Shown: positions 47,254 through 58,926 of the stretch, piece by piece
How positions within the stretch are numbered: the first letter of the stretch is position 1
Layout: every line of letters starts with the position of its first letter
The notes under the pieces: model-generated
The model's input: only the letters and a program-made list of their open reading frames with translations
Told to the model about the DNA's origin: nothing
Databases searched by the model: none
Translations under genes and position numbers: made by a program
Source: Caecitellus pseudoparvulus
Lineage: Eukaryota; Protista; Bigyra: Bicosoecida
Reading direction: 5' to 3'
Assembly: GCA_965644315.1 (NCBI GenBank)
Contig: CBFFRQ010000076.1
Location: forward strand, 116,319-180,318
Length of the DNA stretch: 64,000 nucleotides

Positions 47254-47574
47254 GCTGCCAGGCGTTGCGCGTGCTAACGCAACTGGTCTCGGGGGCAGGA
47301 ACTGTGTGGCTCCTGGGGTCTTGGAAAGTGCCTCACCGCGCCGCTTGTCAGTGTGCCCTGCAATGACTGCGAGCTCGCGGCAAGAGCTTGCCCTCAGCCC
47401 TAGCGCACAAATTACAAACACACAAGGCATCTGTTGCGTGTCAAATATTTCGCACACAATCGCTGTATTGTTTTACTCGTGCAGGCAACTGCGTTCTGTC
47501 GCAGAGCTTGTGCCGGAGAAGGCGAGGACTTGCGCTGTGGGCGTCAAGGCGAGCAGGAAGCACAGCTTGGGATC

Positions 47575-48746
47575 ATGGCGCTCACAGGATCTGCGGGTGT
47601 CACAGGAGTTGTACACCACGCAAACGAAGAATCCGAGCTGCAAGCGGTGCTGGATGCTGCGAATGGCAAGCTGGTTGTGTGAGTCCAGGCACACTTGTGC
47701 GCCGGCAGTGCGCCTTCCCGCATGCACCGCTGCCAGCTTGAGCAAGTGCCTCTTCAAGGCACCTGAATCCCTCCTCACACCGCTGCAGGATTGACTTCTT
47801 CGCTGAGTGGTGCGGGTACGAGCCAGCGCTGCATGGCGTGTTGGCGTGGTGTGCAGCCACGAAACGCCACCTCCCTGCTTTCGCAGACCCTGCAAAGCCA
47901 TTGCGCCTCAGTTCGAGGAGTGGGCAAAGACGCACCAGGACTGCGTGTTTGTGAAAGTGGATGTGGACAAGGCCGACTCGCTGACGGCGAAGTACGAGGT
48001 GTCGGCCATGCCCACATTCAAGGTGCGTAAAGGCTGGGAGTTTCGCCGGATGTGGCCGTGTTGCTGTGCACCCGCCCAGCCCCTGCTTCGCTCCCCAGTT
48101 CGTCAAGGGGAAGGAAGTCGTCGAGACTGTGCGCGGTGCCAACCCCGAAGCCATTGCCGCGGCCATCAAAGCCCACAAGGTGCAGTTGAGCACGGTGGAC
48201 TTCGGCGGCGCAGGAAGTGCGGCACAGCCAGCGCAGCTTGAGTTGACTCGCAGCCAGCTGGCAGGAGTGACGCAGTTCACAGCCGTGGCAGAGGGTGCTG
48301 ACGTCGGCAGTGCCGTGGCAACCCTGGCTGCGCAAGCGTGGGATGCTGCTGCTGCAGTGGGTGCCTTTTTCAGTGGACAGGCAGCGGACGCGGCGCCAGG
48401 CGGCGTTGCGGCGGTGTCAGAGGCGGTGGGGGCGACAGACGAGGAACCGAAGGGGACTGCCGTGAAGCTGCAGGTGCGCTTGGGCGTGGAGGCGCGGGAC
48501 AAGCACGCTGTGGAGCTGCCTGACTCCAGCACGGGGCAGGAGCTGCTGGAGCGGGTGGGGAGTCTGCTGCCGCCCGACACTGACTTCACGCTGCGTGTGC
48601 GAGTCAAGGCGCTGAAGAAGGACGTGGCCCTGGGACCTGCAGACCTGTCCCTGTCCCTGCCAAAGCTAGGCTTGGCCAAGCGCGGGCTGGTGCAGGTGGT
48701 GCCTGTCAACGACGACGGCAGCGTGAAGGTGCTGAAGAAGCTGTGA
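47575..48746 (+). CDS. Thioredoxin with C-terminal UBX/ubiquitin-like domain
   Basis: Spliced VVIDFFAEWCG|PCKAIAP, FVKVDVD, VSAMPTF; C-terminal VKLQVRL...SLPKLGL...LVQV. Three introns. Confidence 0.85.
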
Positions 48747-48967
48747 GGCAGCGCAGCCCACACCGCCAATGCAACGCAGGGGGCATTCTTGACACCCCTC
48801 CACCCTGAGGCTAGACTCTTGTCAGGCACGTTGACACATCTGTTGCCGTGTGTTTGTCGCTGTGGCCAGGAACAAGCTCCACACGCCGGCGCTCCAGGCG
48901 GCAGAGGTGGAATTTCCGCACACCCAGAGCTGCTCGTGCATCCCACAGGAACCCGCTCCGCAGCACC

Positions 48968-50644
48968 ATGGCGGCAGGCGCAGGGGACGATGAGATAGAG
49001 ATGGGGTCCGGCATTGCAGGCATGAAGCCTGCAGTTGTGATTGACAACGGCACAGGGTGCGTTGCAGCGTGGCCGCCGGAGCGCAAGGTGCACACAGCGT
49101 GCGCACACGCCTCGCAGGTACACCAAGATGGGCTACGCTGGCAACAGCAAGCCGCAGTACATCATCCCCACTGCGATTGGCACCAAAGATGACATCATCG
49201 CGGGCGACTTCGTGCGGCGGCAGGATGGCCTGGAGGACCTGGACTTCTACATTGGAGAGGAGGTGCGTGGTGCAGTGCCGCACCATGCCTCGACACGCCG
49301 AGCCCTGCCCGTGCCGCAGTCCGCCCTGCGCCGGGCGGGGCGGGCTCTGCATCGTCCGTGCACCCTACAACACACTGGCCCTGTGCTCCTCGGCCGGAAC
49401 CTGCCCTGGCGGCGTGGCACGATCCCCCCGATGGCTTCCCGTCGCAGGCCCAAGCACACTCCCGGACATACCAGGTGAACTACCCCATTCGCCACGGCAT
49501 CGTGGAGAACTGGAACAACATGGAGCGCCTGTGGCAGCGGTGAGTGCAGGGTTTGCGTGCCATGCGCCTGACGTCCCCCCTTCCACGCCTGCCTCGCCTG
49601 GCTCCGCAGGTGCATGTTCAAGTACCTGCGCTGCGAGCCGGAGGAGCACTACTTCATGCTGACAGAGCCCCCCTTGAACCCCCCTGAGAACCGGGAGTAC
49701 ACCGCCGAGGTGATGTTTGAGACGTACAACGTGCCGGGCCTGCACATCGCCGTGCAGGCAGTGCTGGCGCTGGCCGCCACATGGACGTCCAAGAAGGGCA
49801 AGAAGACGCTGACTGGCACTGTGGTGGACTCGGGCGACGGCGTGACGCACGTCATCCCTGTCGCAGACGGCTACGTCATCGGCTCCTGCATCAAGCACAT
49901 CCCCCTGGCGGGCCACGATGTGACGCAGTACATACAGCGCGTACGTTGCTGCGGCGATTGCGTCCACTTGGCCCCTTTCACAGACCCCTCCACCGCCCGC
50001 CACAGATGCTCAAGGAGCGCGGGGAAGATGTGCCGCCAGAGGACAGCATGGCTGTTGCTCGCCGCATCAAGGAGCAGCACTCTTACATCGCCAGGGACTT
50101 GGCTGCGGAGTTCGCGAAGTTTGACACGGACCCGTCCAAGACCATCCGCTACTCCGGCGTGCACGGCAAGACACAAGCACCCTGGGAAATCGACATCGGC
50201 TACGAGCGTTTCTTGGGCCCCGAAGTGTTCTTTAACCCTGAGATGTATTCCCCCGACTTCTCCACCCCCCTGCCCGAGGTGGTGGATGAGAGCATTCGTG
50301 CGGCGCCCATCGATTACCGCAAGGGACTGTACAGCAACATCGTCCTGTCTGGCGGCAGCACCATGTTCAAGAACTTCCACAACCGTCTGCAGAAAGACGT
50401 CAAGAGCATTGTGCAGGAGAGGCTGGCGGCCAACCGTGCGCGCCTGGGGCTGGACATCGAGTCTGCGCCCGACATGGAGGTGAATGTTGTCAAGCACAAG
50501 ATGCAGCGGTACGCAGTGTGGTTCGGAGGCTCCTTCATGGCCAGCGACGAATCCTTCCCCACCATGTGCCACACCAAGGCCCAGTACGAGGAGGAGGGGC
50601 CGCGCATCGCACGGTACAACCCGGTGTTCCAGGCTGCCATGTGA
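48968..50644 (+). CDS. ARP3: Actin-related protein 3
   Basis: VIDNGTG|[86 protein letters not shown]. Confidence 0.97.
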
Positions 50645-50760
50645 TGTGCGGGTGATGGCGGCACCCCTGACGAAATGCACTGCGCTGTGCGCGGCACTGC
50701 ATTGTACACACAGGCGGCCAGGTCACTCATCCCAGCGGGGACTGGTGCTCTCCACTGCCT

Positions 50761-52211
50761 CTACTCCAAGTGGGTGGCCTTGAACAGCAGCGCTGTCACG
50801 GCGTAGGGGTCCATGTTGGAGGCGGGGCGGCGGTCCTCAAAGTACCCCTTGCCCTGCTTCTCCGTCGTGCGGGGGATGCGGATGGAGGCGCCTCGGTTGG
50901 CCACGCCGTAGGAGAAGTCGGAGATGCTGGCCGTCTCATGCTTGCCCGTCAGGCGGCGCTCGTTGCCTTCGCCGTACGCCGCGATGAACTCTGCGTGGCG
51001 GGGCTCCAGCTTCTGGATGGCGGAGATGATGGCATCGTACCCGCCTTCGGCACGCATGGCCGCCGTGGAGTAGTTCACGTGGCACCCAGCGCCGTTCCAG
51101 TCACCAGGCATGGGCTTGGGGTCGAAGGACACGACGACGTTGAAGTCCTCGCACACGCGTTGCATGATGTAACGCGCAAGCACCATCTGGTCGCCGGAGT
51201 CGATGCCGGTGCAGGGGCCCACCTGGAACTCCCACTGCCCCGGCATGACTTCAGCGTTGACGCCGGAGATGTCCAGGTTCGCGTACAGGCAGGCTCGGTA
51301 GTGTGCCTCCATGACCTTGCGGCCGAATGAGACGCCGGTGCCAGCGCCACAGTAGTAGGGGCCCTGGGGGCCGGGGAAGCCGCCCTTGGGCCAGCCCAGC
51401 ACTGTCCTGCCGTCGGACTCAAACAGGGTGTACTCTTGCTCCAGTCCAAACCTGTACAGGGGGCGAGCAGGGCGCGCTGCGGTGTGCTTCTGGGGCAGCC
51501 ACTGGTGCAAATTCCGCGGTTCCCGCACGCCAGGGCCAAAGCATCGGGCACACGCGATGGGGCCAGCGCCACGAGGCACGCACCAGGGCTGGGCCTCCAG
51601 ATCTTCATCAAAGATGGCCTTGGCAGCTGTGCGTGTGTTCTTGATTGCAGGAGCGCCGTCCACGGGGTTGACGCATTCGCAGAGGACGAGGATGTGAGGC
51701 GCTCCGCGGAAGGGGTCTGGCACCATCTTCACGGGGCTGCAGGGGGAGGGGAGGCATCGGGAATTTCAGCAAAGCCTCACAGGAACCTGCACCCCGCCTG
51801 GCAAGGCCGCGCACGCACGTGAGCAGCACCTCGCTGTCATGGCCGGGGGCCTGGCCCGTTGACGAGCCGTCGAAGTTCCACTGGGGCAGGTCAGACACAG
51901 AGGCTGGCGCATGGGCCAGGGTCATGCTCTTGCACCTGTAATCGTCTCCCTTGCCACCAACCCAAATGTACTCGGCCTGTGCAGAGCCCAGGGGTGCGTG
52001 AGGGGCTGTGCCAGCAGGCATCAGCTGAAGATGCGGAAGTTGGCCTCACCTGCACCTTGCCAGCCTGCGAAGGTGGAAGCGGGCACGGGGAGTCGTCATG
52101 GGCGCTGCAGGGCACAGGCAGGTGAGAAAGCACCTCCACACGCACCGTGGGCAGGCTCATGTAGCGGGAAAACACCGCGTCGGGGTCTTGGGACACTGTG
52201 CTAGCAGCCAT
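50761..52211 (-). CDS. GLUL: Glutamine synthetase (GSII)
   Basis: [18 protein letters not shown]|[61 protein letters not shown]. Four introns including a 15-nt exon. Confidence 0.97.
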
Positions 52212-52330
52212 GGTTCTGTGTGCGGCGGCGGGGATCTTCTGGTCTGCACTTGGCGCAGGGTCGTGAGGGCGTGCTGGGGGGGGTCGGATCGACGGGGGAG
52301 CCACGTGCAGCATGTGCACAGGGGATGGGT

Positions 52331-52340
52331 GTATATAAGG
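52331..52340 (-). promoter_or_regulatory. TATA-like element upstream of glutamine synthetase
   Basis: TATATA about 120 nt upstream of the GS ATG, conspicuous in GC-rich DNA. Confidence 0.35.
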
Positions 52341-52421
52341 GGAGTTGCCCAACGCCATGCATTGCGCGTGCCACATGGCAACACGGGAGCCCTGCGACCC
52401 CCCCAAGAACCCCCCCAACGC

Positions 52422-54032
52422 TCAAGTCTTCAGCTTGGCCTTGCTCTTCTTCTTGGCCTTCAGCTTGTCCCAGTGCGCCTGCACCCTAGCCGCGTAGTCC
52501 TTATCGCCCTTTTGCTGAGCATTTGTCTTGGTCAACACCTGCACGACATCTTCGTCCTGCAGCTCATGCTGCAGGCCGCACGTTTGCGGCTGGTGAATGG
52601 CACTGGTGCCCCACACCAGAGCCGCCCGGAAGTCCGTGATCATGGACGTGTGGATGTGCCGGCAAAAGCCCTCCACCGTGAAGCCATGCCGACCACCCGC
52701 CAGCACGACCGGGTCGCCGAAGTCGGGCGCCTGGCCCTTTTTCTTCGTGTACACGCGGCGAATGGCGAGGTAGTCCCACAGACGGTCCAGAAGGCGGTCC
52801 AAATTCAACTTCAAGTGCACAGAGGCCACCAGGGAGTGCGGCTGCCTGGCCAGGCGGTCCATCTGCTCCACCGTGATGGTGTCCACTTTGTTGTACAGGT
52901 ACATGCACTTGACGTACCGGCGGTTTCCCTCGATCACGTCGATGAACTGATCCAGCGTGATGTCCTCTCGGAACAGCACCTCTGCGTTGTGCATCTTGTA
53001 CTCATGCATGATGCGGTACACGACGCGGTCGGGCTCATCGCCAAAGTGCGTCAGTTTCACGGTGGAGTTGAACTTGATGCCGCCATCGCGCTTCGGGCGC
53101 AAGCTCACGTTGGGCGGGCTCTGGTTCAAGCGGATGCCCACTGCCTCCAGCTCGGCCTCCAGAATCTCCCTGTGCTTGGGGCAAATGCGGGGTTACGTGT
53201 GTGGGGTGCTGGGTGTGCTGCCAGGGTCCCCGTCGCGCACGCACTTGTGCCGGTTCACCCCCTCGCGCCCCGCATCCAGCACCATGAGGATGAGGTCAGC
53301 TGACTTGGCCACAGCCACCACCTGCCGCCCACGCCCCTTGCCGGCAGCAGCACCTTCGATGATGCCTGGCAGGTCCAGCAGTTGGATCTTGGTGCCGCGG
53401 TAGAAGATGTTTCCGGGGATGCAGGTGAGCGTTGTGAACTCGTACGCCGCCGCCTCGGACTTGGTGTTTGTGAGCCCGCTCAGCAGGGAAGACTTGCCGA
53501 CAGAGGGGAAGCTGGTGTGGACAGGTGGCGCAGGTGGTGGTGGTGCGGCGGGTGTGACTTGGGGCAGCGCAGCGCACCACGTACCCGATGAGCGCCACCC
53601 TCGCGTCGCCAGACTTCTCCACTTCCCACCCTTCACCCTTTCCGCCGCCAGACTTGGAGCCCTCCAGTTGCTGCGGGGTGGCAGAGGGTGATGGTGCGTG
53701 CTTTACTGGCTGCACTGCTTCAAGGCCTCAGCCGGTGCCGGCTCACCATGGTGCGAAGCTTGGCAAGTTTGGCCTTGAGCATGCCAAGGTGGCCCTCTGC
53801 GGGGCGGCAAGGGCGGCGTCAGGGCAAGTGCAGCATGGTGGACAAGCGATGGTATGCGTTAGCAGCAATGAATATGCAAAGTTTCACACACCCGTTGCCT
53901 TGTTCTTCTGTGTGCGGGCCATTTCCGCCTCTGCGCCGGGAGGCAAAGCGGGCGCTGTGCCAGCGAAACGCTGGAACGAAACGCGAGCCGCGCTGCCGCA
54001 CCAATCTCCTTGATCTTGTCGATGATAGGCAT
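52422..54032 (-). CDS. DRG2: Developmentally regulated GTP-binding protein, DRG2-type
   Basis: IKEI|[31 protein letters not shown]|[25 protein letters not shown] domain (VWGTS..HQPQ..GL.HEL.DEDV). Several short exons. Confidence 0.93.
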
Positions 54033-54676
54033 GGCGGGCACGTGCTACGGAATCCTTCAACGACTTTCTACAAACCACGGTTTCCTGTGGTGCTGTCCCG
54101 GCAGCGCTGCCGGCTGGCTTGTCACTTGCAGACCCGTGCACGCTGGCCTGGTGTGCGAGGTGCCACGGTGCCAACGGAGCGAAAACGCTGCCGCCAGGGA
54201 GGTGGCCAATGTTCTCAGCACGTGCTATTATGGTTCACAAGTGTATGTTGGCACTGGCAGAGCTCTGCGTCGCGGCCGTGTGAGCTCCGGCAAAGGCAGA
54301 CACACCCCCCCTCCCGCAGCCACGCTGCCCCCCTCGTCCCCCGCCGCTCCAGGCGCAAGCGCTTCGGCATCCTGCGCGTCCTGGCCTGGCGCAGGCGTGC
54401 TGGTGCACTGCACTTGGTCAGCGGCCGTCGGCGCAGACGAGGCATTTCCAACAAGAAGTCAAAGCATGCACAGCTGCCCTGCCCAGCTCACGTGTGCTGT
54501 GTTCGTGGCATGCCCACCTCCCCCACGCCTCTGGGCTGGTGGAGTGCCGGTGTGAAGGGGAAGTGACTAAAGCGCCAGGCACCACACAAGCCGTCACTGT
54601 CGCCTGCAGGCAGAGCAAGTGGTCAGCCCTCAGCGCGGCGTCGCCACTGCCAGGGAAGTGCCGTGGGGTGCGCAGA

Positions 54677-56003
54677 ATGGCAGCCATGCACGGCAGTGGG
54701 CGGCCTGGGGGAGGTGCAAGTGGCAAGCCCAAAGCCCCGCCGCCGCCATTCCTCGTCAAACTGCTGCAGATGCTGTCAGCGCCGGACTGTGAAGCCTACG
54801 TTCGGTGGAGCGAGGACGGGGCGTACATCGTCTTGCGGCAGGTGGAAGAACTGGGCAGCGAGGTGCTGCCTCGTTTCTTTCGCCACAACAAGTTCTCGTC
54901 CTTCCTGCGGCAGGTACGCTTGCGCGCACTGCACCTGGCGGCCGTGTTTCAATTTCCGCCGCCCTCCCTGCCCTGCTCAGCTGCACATTTACGGCTTTCG
55001 CAAGGTGAAGCCCAGCCAGCTCAGCCCTGTGGACCGGGCTGCTCTGGACGCCGGCGGCATGGCCTTCGGGAACCCGCTGTTCGTGCGAGGCATTGACGGG
55101 GAGGGGCTGCGCAGCATCAAGCGCAGACAAGGCTCAAACACCAGCAGCAGCAGCGCCAGTGCCGCCAGCAGCGCCAGTGCCGCCGGCCGCAGTGCACGGC
55201 GGGGTGCGCCCACCGACCTGCGGTTCCGCCCCCCCTCCGCCTCCACTGCATCCAGCCACAGCGGTCCGCCTGCGCAGCCGCAACCCCTCACGCCTGCCTG
55301 GTACGCTGACTCCCTGGACGGTTACAGCGTGGGCGGGGGGGAGGGCGAGACGCCCCGCAGCGCCCGTGGCCGCAGTGGTGCCACACCCGGCTCCCAGGCA
55401 CCCAGTGACGACAGTGGTGCCAGCAGTCTGGTGCACCTGCTTGGGCGGCGGGGGGGGGAGGGGGGGCGCCACGCACCCTGGGGCGTGGGCATCACTGGCG
55501 TGCAGGCGCAGGCGCTGTCCATGGGCCCACACGCCGCCGATGCGCACCTGCACATCACCGGCCCATCAGGTCACATCATGGCCGCTCTGCCCCAGGCAGC
55601 GGCTGCGGCGGCGGCATCAGGGGGGTATGGCCCCCCCTCCGCGGCCGCCGCCAGCCACAGTGCTGGCAAGCGCGGCAGGGCGGCAGAGAGCAGTGGTGGG
55701 GCCCAAACGGAGGGTGGGCCCACCTCCCGCCCAGCCAAGGTGCCTGCGCGGGGGGTGGGCATTCCCCCCACGGGTCACCCCGCCATCGACGCCCTGGCGG
55801 CGCAGGTGGCCGACGGCGAGGCGAGGGTGACGGCCATGGAGGCCCGGAACGAGATGCTGGCAGCTCGGAACACGCAGTTGTGGCGGCGCCTGGTGGATAT
55901 GGTGGATGACCTGTCAGCTGCGCAGCTGAACCTGCAGCGTGTCCTGGCAACGCGAACGCAGCAGCTCCTGGAGGCGACTCAGGGGGAGGACGGCGACAGG
56001 TGA
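54677..56003 (+). CDS. HSF-type DNA-binding transcription factor
   Basis: PFLVKL..ML, VRWSEDG, VLPRFFRHNKFSSFLRQ|LHIYGFRK, FGNPLFVRG, IKRR; C-terminal coiled coil. Intron 54914..54980. Confidence 0.93.
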
Positions 56004-56292
56004 TCTGTCTTGCGCCACAAGGCAGCGAGTAGTCACGCCCTTGGTGTGTGCAAGGTTGGTTGGCCACGTGCAGAACGGAACAGGTGTGCTTTGACCCGGT
56101 GCTGCCCATTTCGCCGCAGCGGCAAAACCGTGATGACAGGGGCGTCCCACGCGAGGGCCCTAAAGGAAGGCGCACCTAAAGTGTGTGAGAATCCATTAGC
56201 CCGAAAGTACACCCAATCACACTGTCTCACGCGTGGCAGCGTGCTGAGGCGTGGCGGCGCGGTGGGTGCGCCATTCAATTTCCGCACGAAGC

Positions 56293-58683
56293 ATGGCCGC
56301 TGCAGCTATCCAGCGACGCGCCTCCGCCATGCTCAGCCAGCTGTCCTCCGTGAAGGACGTCAGTGCTCACTCCGTCGTGTCAGGTGGCGGCGTGAGCATC
56401 CTGGACGTCTACGGCGGCGTGAGCGTGGCAGAGAGTGACAGCGGCGAGGCGGCGACTTCGCACGCCAGCATCCCGCTCGTCGCACACCAGGGAGCTGGGG
56501 ACTGGCACCGCCAGCAAGCCCAGCGTGGCTACTGCTCCCGTCTCTGTGCCCTATGCCGGCGCCAGCTGCTGTCCTTGCTGGCCGCTCCCTCCAGCTGGCT
56601 CTTCCTCGTCACGCTGGGCGTGGCTGCAGCTGGCATGGGGTCAGCCTTCGACGCTGCGAGCCGGGCGCTGCTAGGGGCCCGCCTGGCCGCCTCCACGCCG
56701 CCGTCCGCCCAGGGCGCGGCGATTTGGAGCCTGTGGACGGTGGCCTTCGCCGCTGTCGCTCTGGCCTGTGTCTTCCTCGGCTCCCGGCGGGCTGAAGGGT
56801 CCGGCGTGCCGCAGCTCAAGTCTCTCCTCGCCGGCACCGACCTGTCCTCATTCCTAGACCTCTCCGTCGCCCTGCCCAAAGCCCTCGGCTCCCTGGCTGC
56901 CCACGCCTCGGGGCTGTCAGTGGGCAAGGAGGGGCCCTTCGTGCACCTGACAGCGCTGTTTGCCCGGCACTTGTGGCGCTTGCCAGGCTTCGCGCCCATC
57001 CGCAACAGCCCCGGCCTGCAGCGGCAAATGCTCGGCGCTGCCGTGGCGGCGGGCGTCACGGCTGTCTTTGGCACTCCCGTGGGCGGCGTGCTCTTCTCCA
57101 TCGAAGTCACTGCGACGTACTACCAGGTGGGGGGCCTGTGGCGAGCGTTTCTCGCGGGCGTCGTCTGCGTGTTCACGCTGGAGATCGCCTCCTCCCTCAG
57201 CCAAGACGACCTCTTCGCCTCCACCGCCATCGCCCCCACTGACGTGTCCTTGAAAGTAGTTGCCTTTGCCATCCTTGGTCTGCTCTGTGGCCTCGCGGCG
57301 TCCCTGCTGGTGTACGCGTTGTCGAAAACGGCCCACGCCCGTCGCGCACTGCTCACGGGCGGCTGGGCAAACCTCGCCCTCACAGCCGCCGTGGCGGCCA
57401 TATCGGCCCTTCTGACGTACGGAACGCCCTTCCTGCGCCTGCCCGACCACCTGGCCATCGACACCATGTTCGCGTCGCCCATCGCCGCCAAGGACCCAGC
57501 CACTGACGAGGTCGCGCCGGCGCAATGGGGCGATATGCCGCCTGCCTACGCTTCCGCCCTCTTCCTCGCCGTGCGCAGCATCACCACCGTCGCAGCGCTG
57601 TCCCTGCCCATTCCCTGTGGCCTCTTCACGCCTGTCTTCGCGCTGGGGGCGGCGTTGGGGCGTCTTTTCGGCGAGCTCGCAGCGACCGTCGCGCCCAACG
57701 CCGGCGTCGACCCAGCCATGTTTGCAGTGGCTGGCGCAGCTGCCCTGGCGTCAGGAGCCACCCACACACTGTCCACGGCAGTCATGGTGTTCGAACTGAC
57801 GCGCCAGATCCACCACTTCCTGCCAGTGCTCGTCGCAGTGCTCGTCGCGTACAGCGTTTCCAGCCTCTTCACCCTCGGCGTGTACGACCTGCTCCTGCAG
57901 CTGGCAGGCCTGCCCTTCCTGCCCAGGGCCCTGCCACACAGCATGTACCACCGCCAAGCCCGCGACCTCGTGCCGCCGACGGGTCGCCTGTGCATGGTCG
58001 CAGACTCCGACCTCGCCGCCTGTCGCGAGGTGCTGGGGCGCCTGAACGCCTCCAGCCGACCCCGCGCTGGTTCCCTCTCCCACTACACGCCCCTGCCGCC
58101 CCAGGAGACATCCCTCACGTCACCGCCAGATGCGGGCGGTGGGCCCACGTCGCGGGCTCTCCCCTGGTTGCAGTGGGTGCGCGACGCTGTGGGGGGGGGT
58201 GCACCCGACATGGCTGCCCCCGCTGCACCCGTGCCTGTCATTCGTAGCGCCTCGGGGGCACAGCTGCTGGGCACTGTGTCACGGGTGTCCTTGGCAGCCA
58301 CCCTGGCGGCGGCAGCGGAAGAGGGGGCTGCTGAGAACACGCGGGTCGTGTTCTTGGCTCGGGGGGAGGTGGCGCCACCAGGGGCGGTGGGCGTGGCGCT
58401 GGACACCGCCCCCTTCATCGTCGCTGCAGACACACCCCTGACTCGCCTGCACTACCTCTTCGCCACCTGCTTGCTGCCTGCAGCGGTCGTAACGCATCAG
58501 GGGAAGCTGGTGGGCACCATCGTGCCGTCAGACTTCACAGACGTCCACGACGCGCAGCAGCCAGAGGAGGATGAGAGGGGGGGTCAGGCTCACGATGAGG
58601 GGGGGGTGGAGGAGGGTGTCATGCTGGGACAGGCTCTGGCTCCAAGCGGAGAAGCCGGGCCGATGGCACCGACCCCCCCTTGA
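56293..58683 (+). CDS. CLC chloride channel with degenerate CBS domains, intronless
   Basis: GSGVPQ, GKEGP, GGVLFSIEV, PCGLFTP, VMVFELT, GVYD. Confidence 0.94.
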   Translation: MAAAAIQRRASAMLSQLSSVKDVSAHSVVSGGGVSILDVYGGVSVAESDSGEAATSHASIPLVAHQGAGDWHRQQAQRGYCSRLCALCRRQLLSLLAAPSSWLFLVTLGVAAAGMGSAFDAASRALLGARLAASTPPSAQGAAIWSLWTVAFAAVALACVFLGSRRAEGSGVPQLKSLLAGTDLSSFLDLSVALPKALGSLAAHASGLSVGKEGPFVHLTALFARHLWRLPGFAPIRNSPGLQRQMLGAAVAAGVTAVFGTPVGGVLFSIEVTATYYQVGGLWRAFLAGVVCVFTLEIASSLSQDDLFASTAIAPTDVSLKVVAFAILGLLCGLAASLLVYALSKTAHARRALLTGGWANLALTAAVAAISALLTYGTPFLRLPDHLAIDTMFASPIAAKDPATDEVAPAQWGDMPPAYASALFLAVRSITTVAALSLPIPCGLFTPVFALGAALGRLFGELAATVAPNAGVDPAMFAVAGAAALASGATHTLSTAVMVFELTRQIHHFLPVLVAVLVAYSVSSLFTLGVYDLLLQLAGLPFLPRALPHSMYHRQARDLVPPTGRLCMVADSDLAACREVLGRLNASSRPRAGSLSHYTPLPPQETSLTSPPDAGGGPTSRALPWLQWVRDAVGGGAPDMAAPAAPVPVIRSASGAQLLGTVSRVSLAATLAAAAEEGAAENTRVVFLARGEVAPPGAVGVALDTAPFIVAADTPLTRLHYLFATCLLPAAVVTHQGKLVGTIVPSDFTDVHDAQQPEEDERGGQAHDEGGVEEGVMLGQALAPSGEAGPMAPTPP

Positions 58684-58926
58684 CACCCCTAACCCCCACC
58701 CCCTCAACTCTGTCGCCACCACGCCCAATTCCCCACACCCCCACGAATACATGTGCAGAACCGCGTAGGCAGCGCTTGCAAGCGGCACCACAACCTAGCA
58801 CGCAGACCTTCCAGCTGCAAGTCAGGGGCCGCACCCTGCGCAAGCCATCGCACGGCGCCCAGTGCCCGCCTGGACCAAGCGAGGCAAGCGAAAAACCTGC
58901 TTGTCAACAGCACTCCCACCGTCACG

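Noticed and set aside
47600-49126. 508-aa minus-strand ORF
   Set aside because: Antisense to the thioredoxin and Arp3 genes; no recognisable motifs.
52098-53303. 401-aa + strand ORF, and similar ORFs opposite GS, Arp3, AOAH and Kir
   Set aside because: Antisense to conserved genes; high GC and codon bias suppress stops on the opposite strand.
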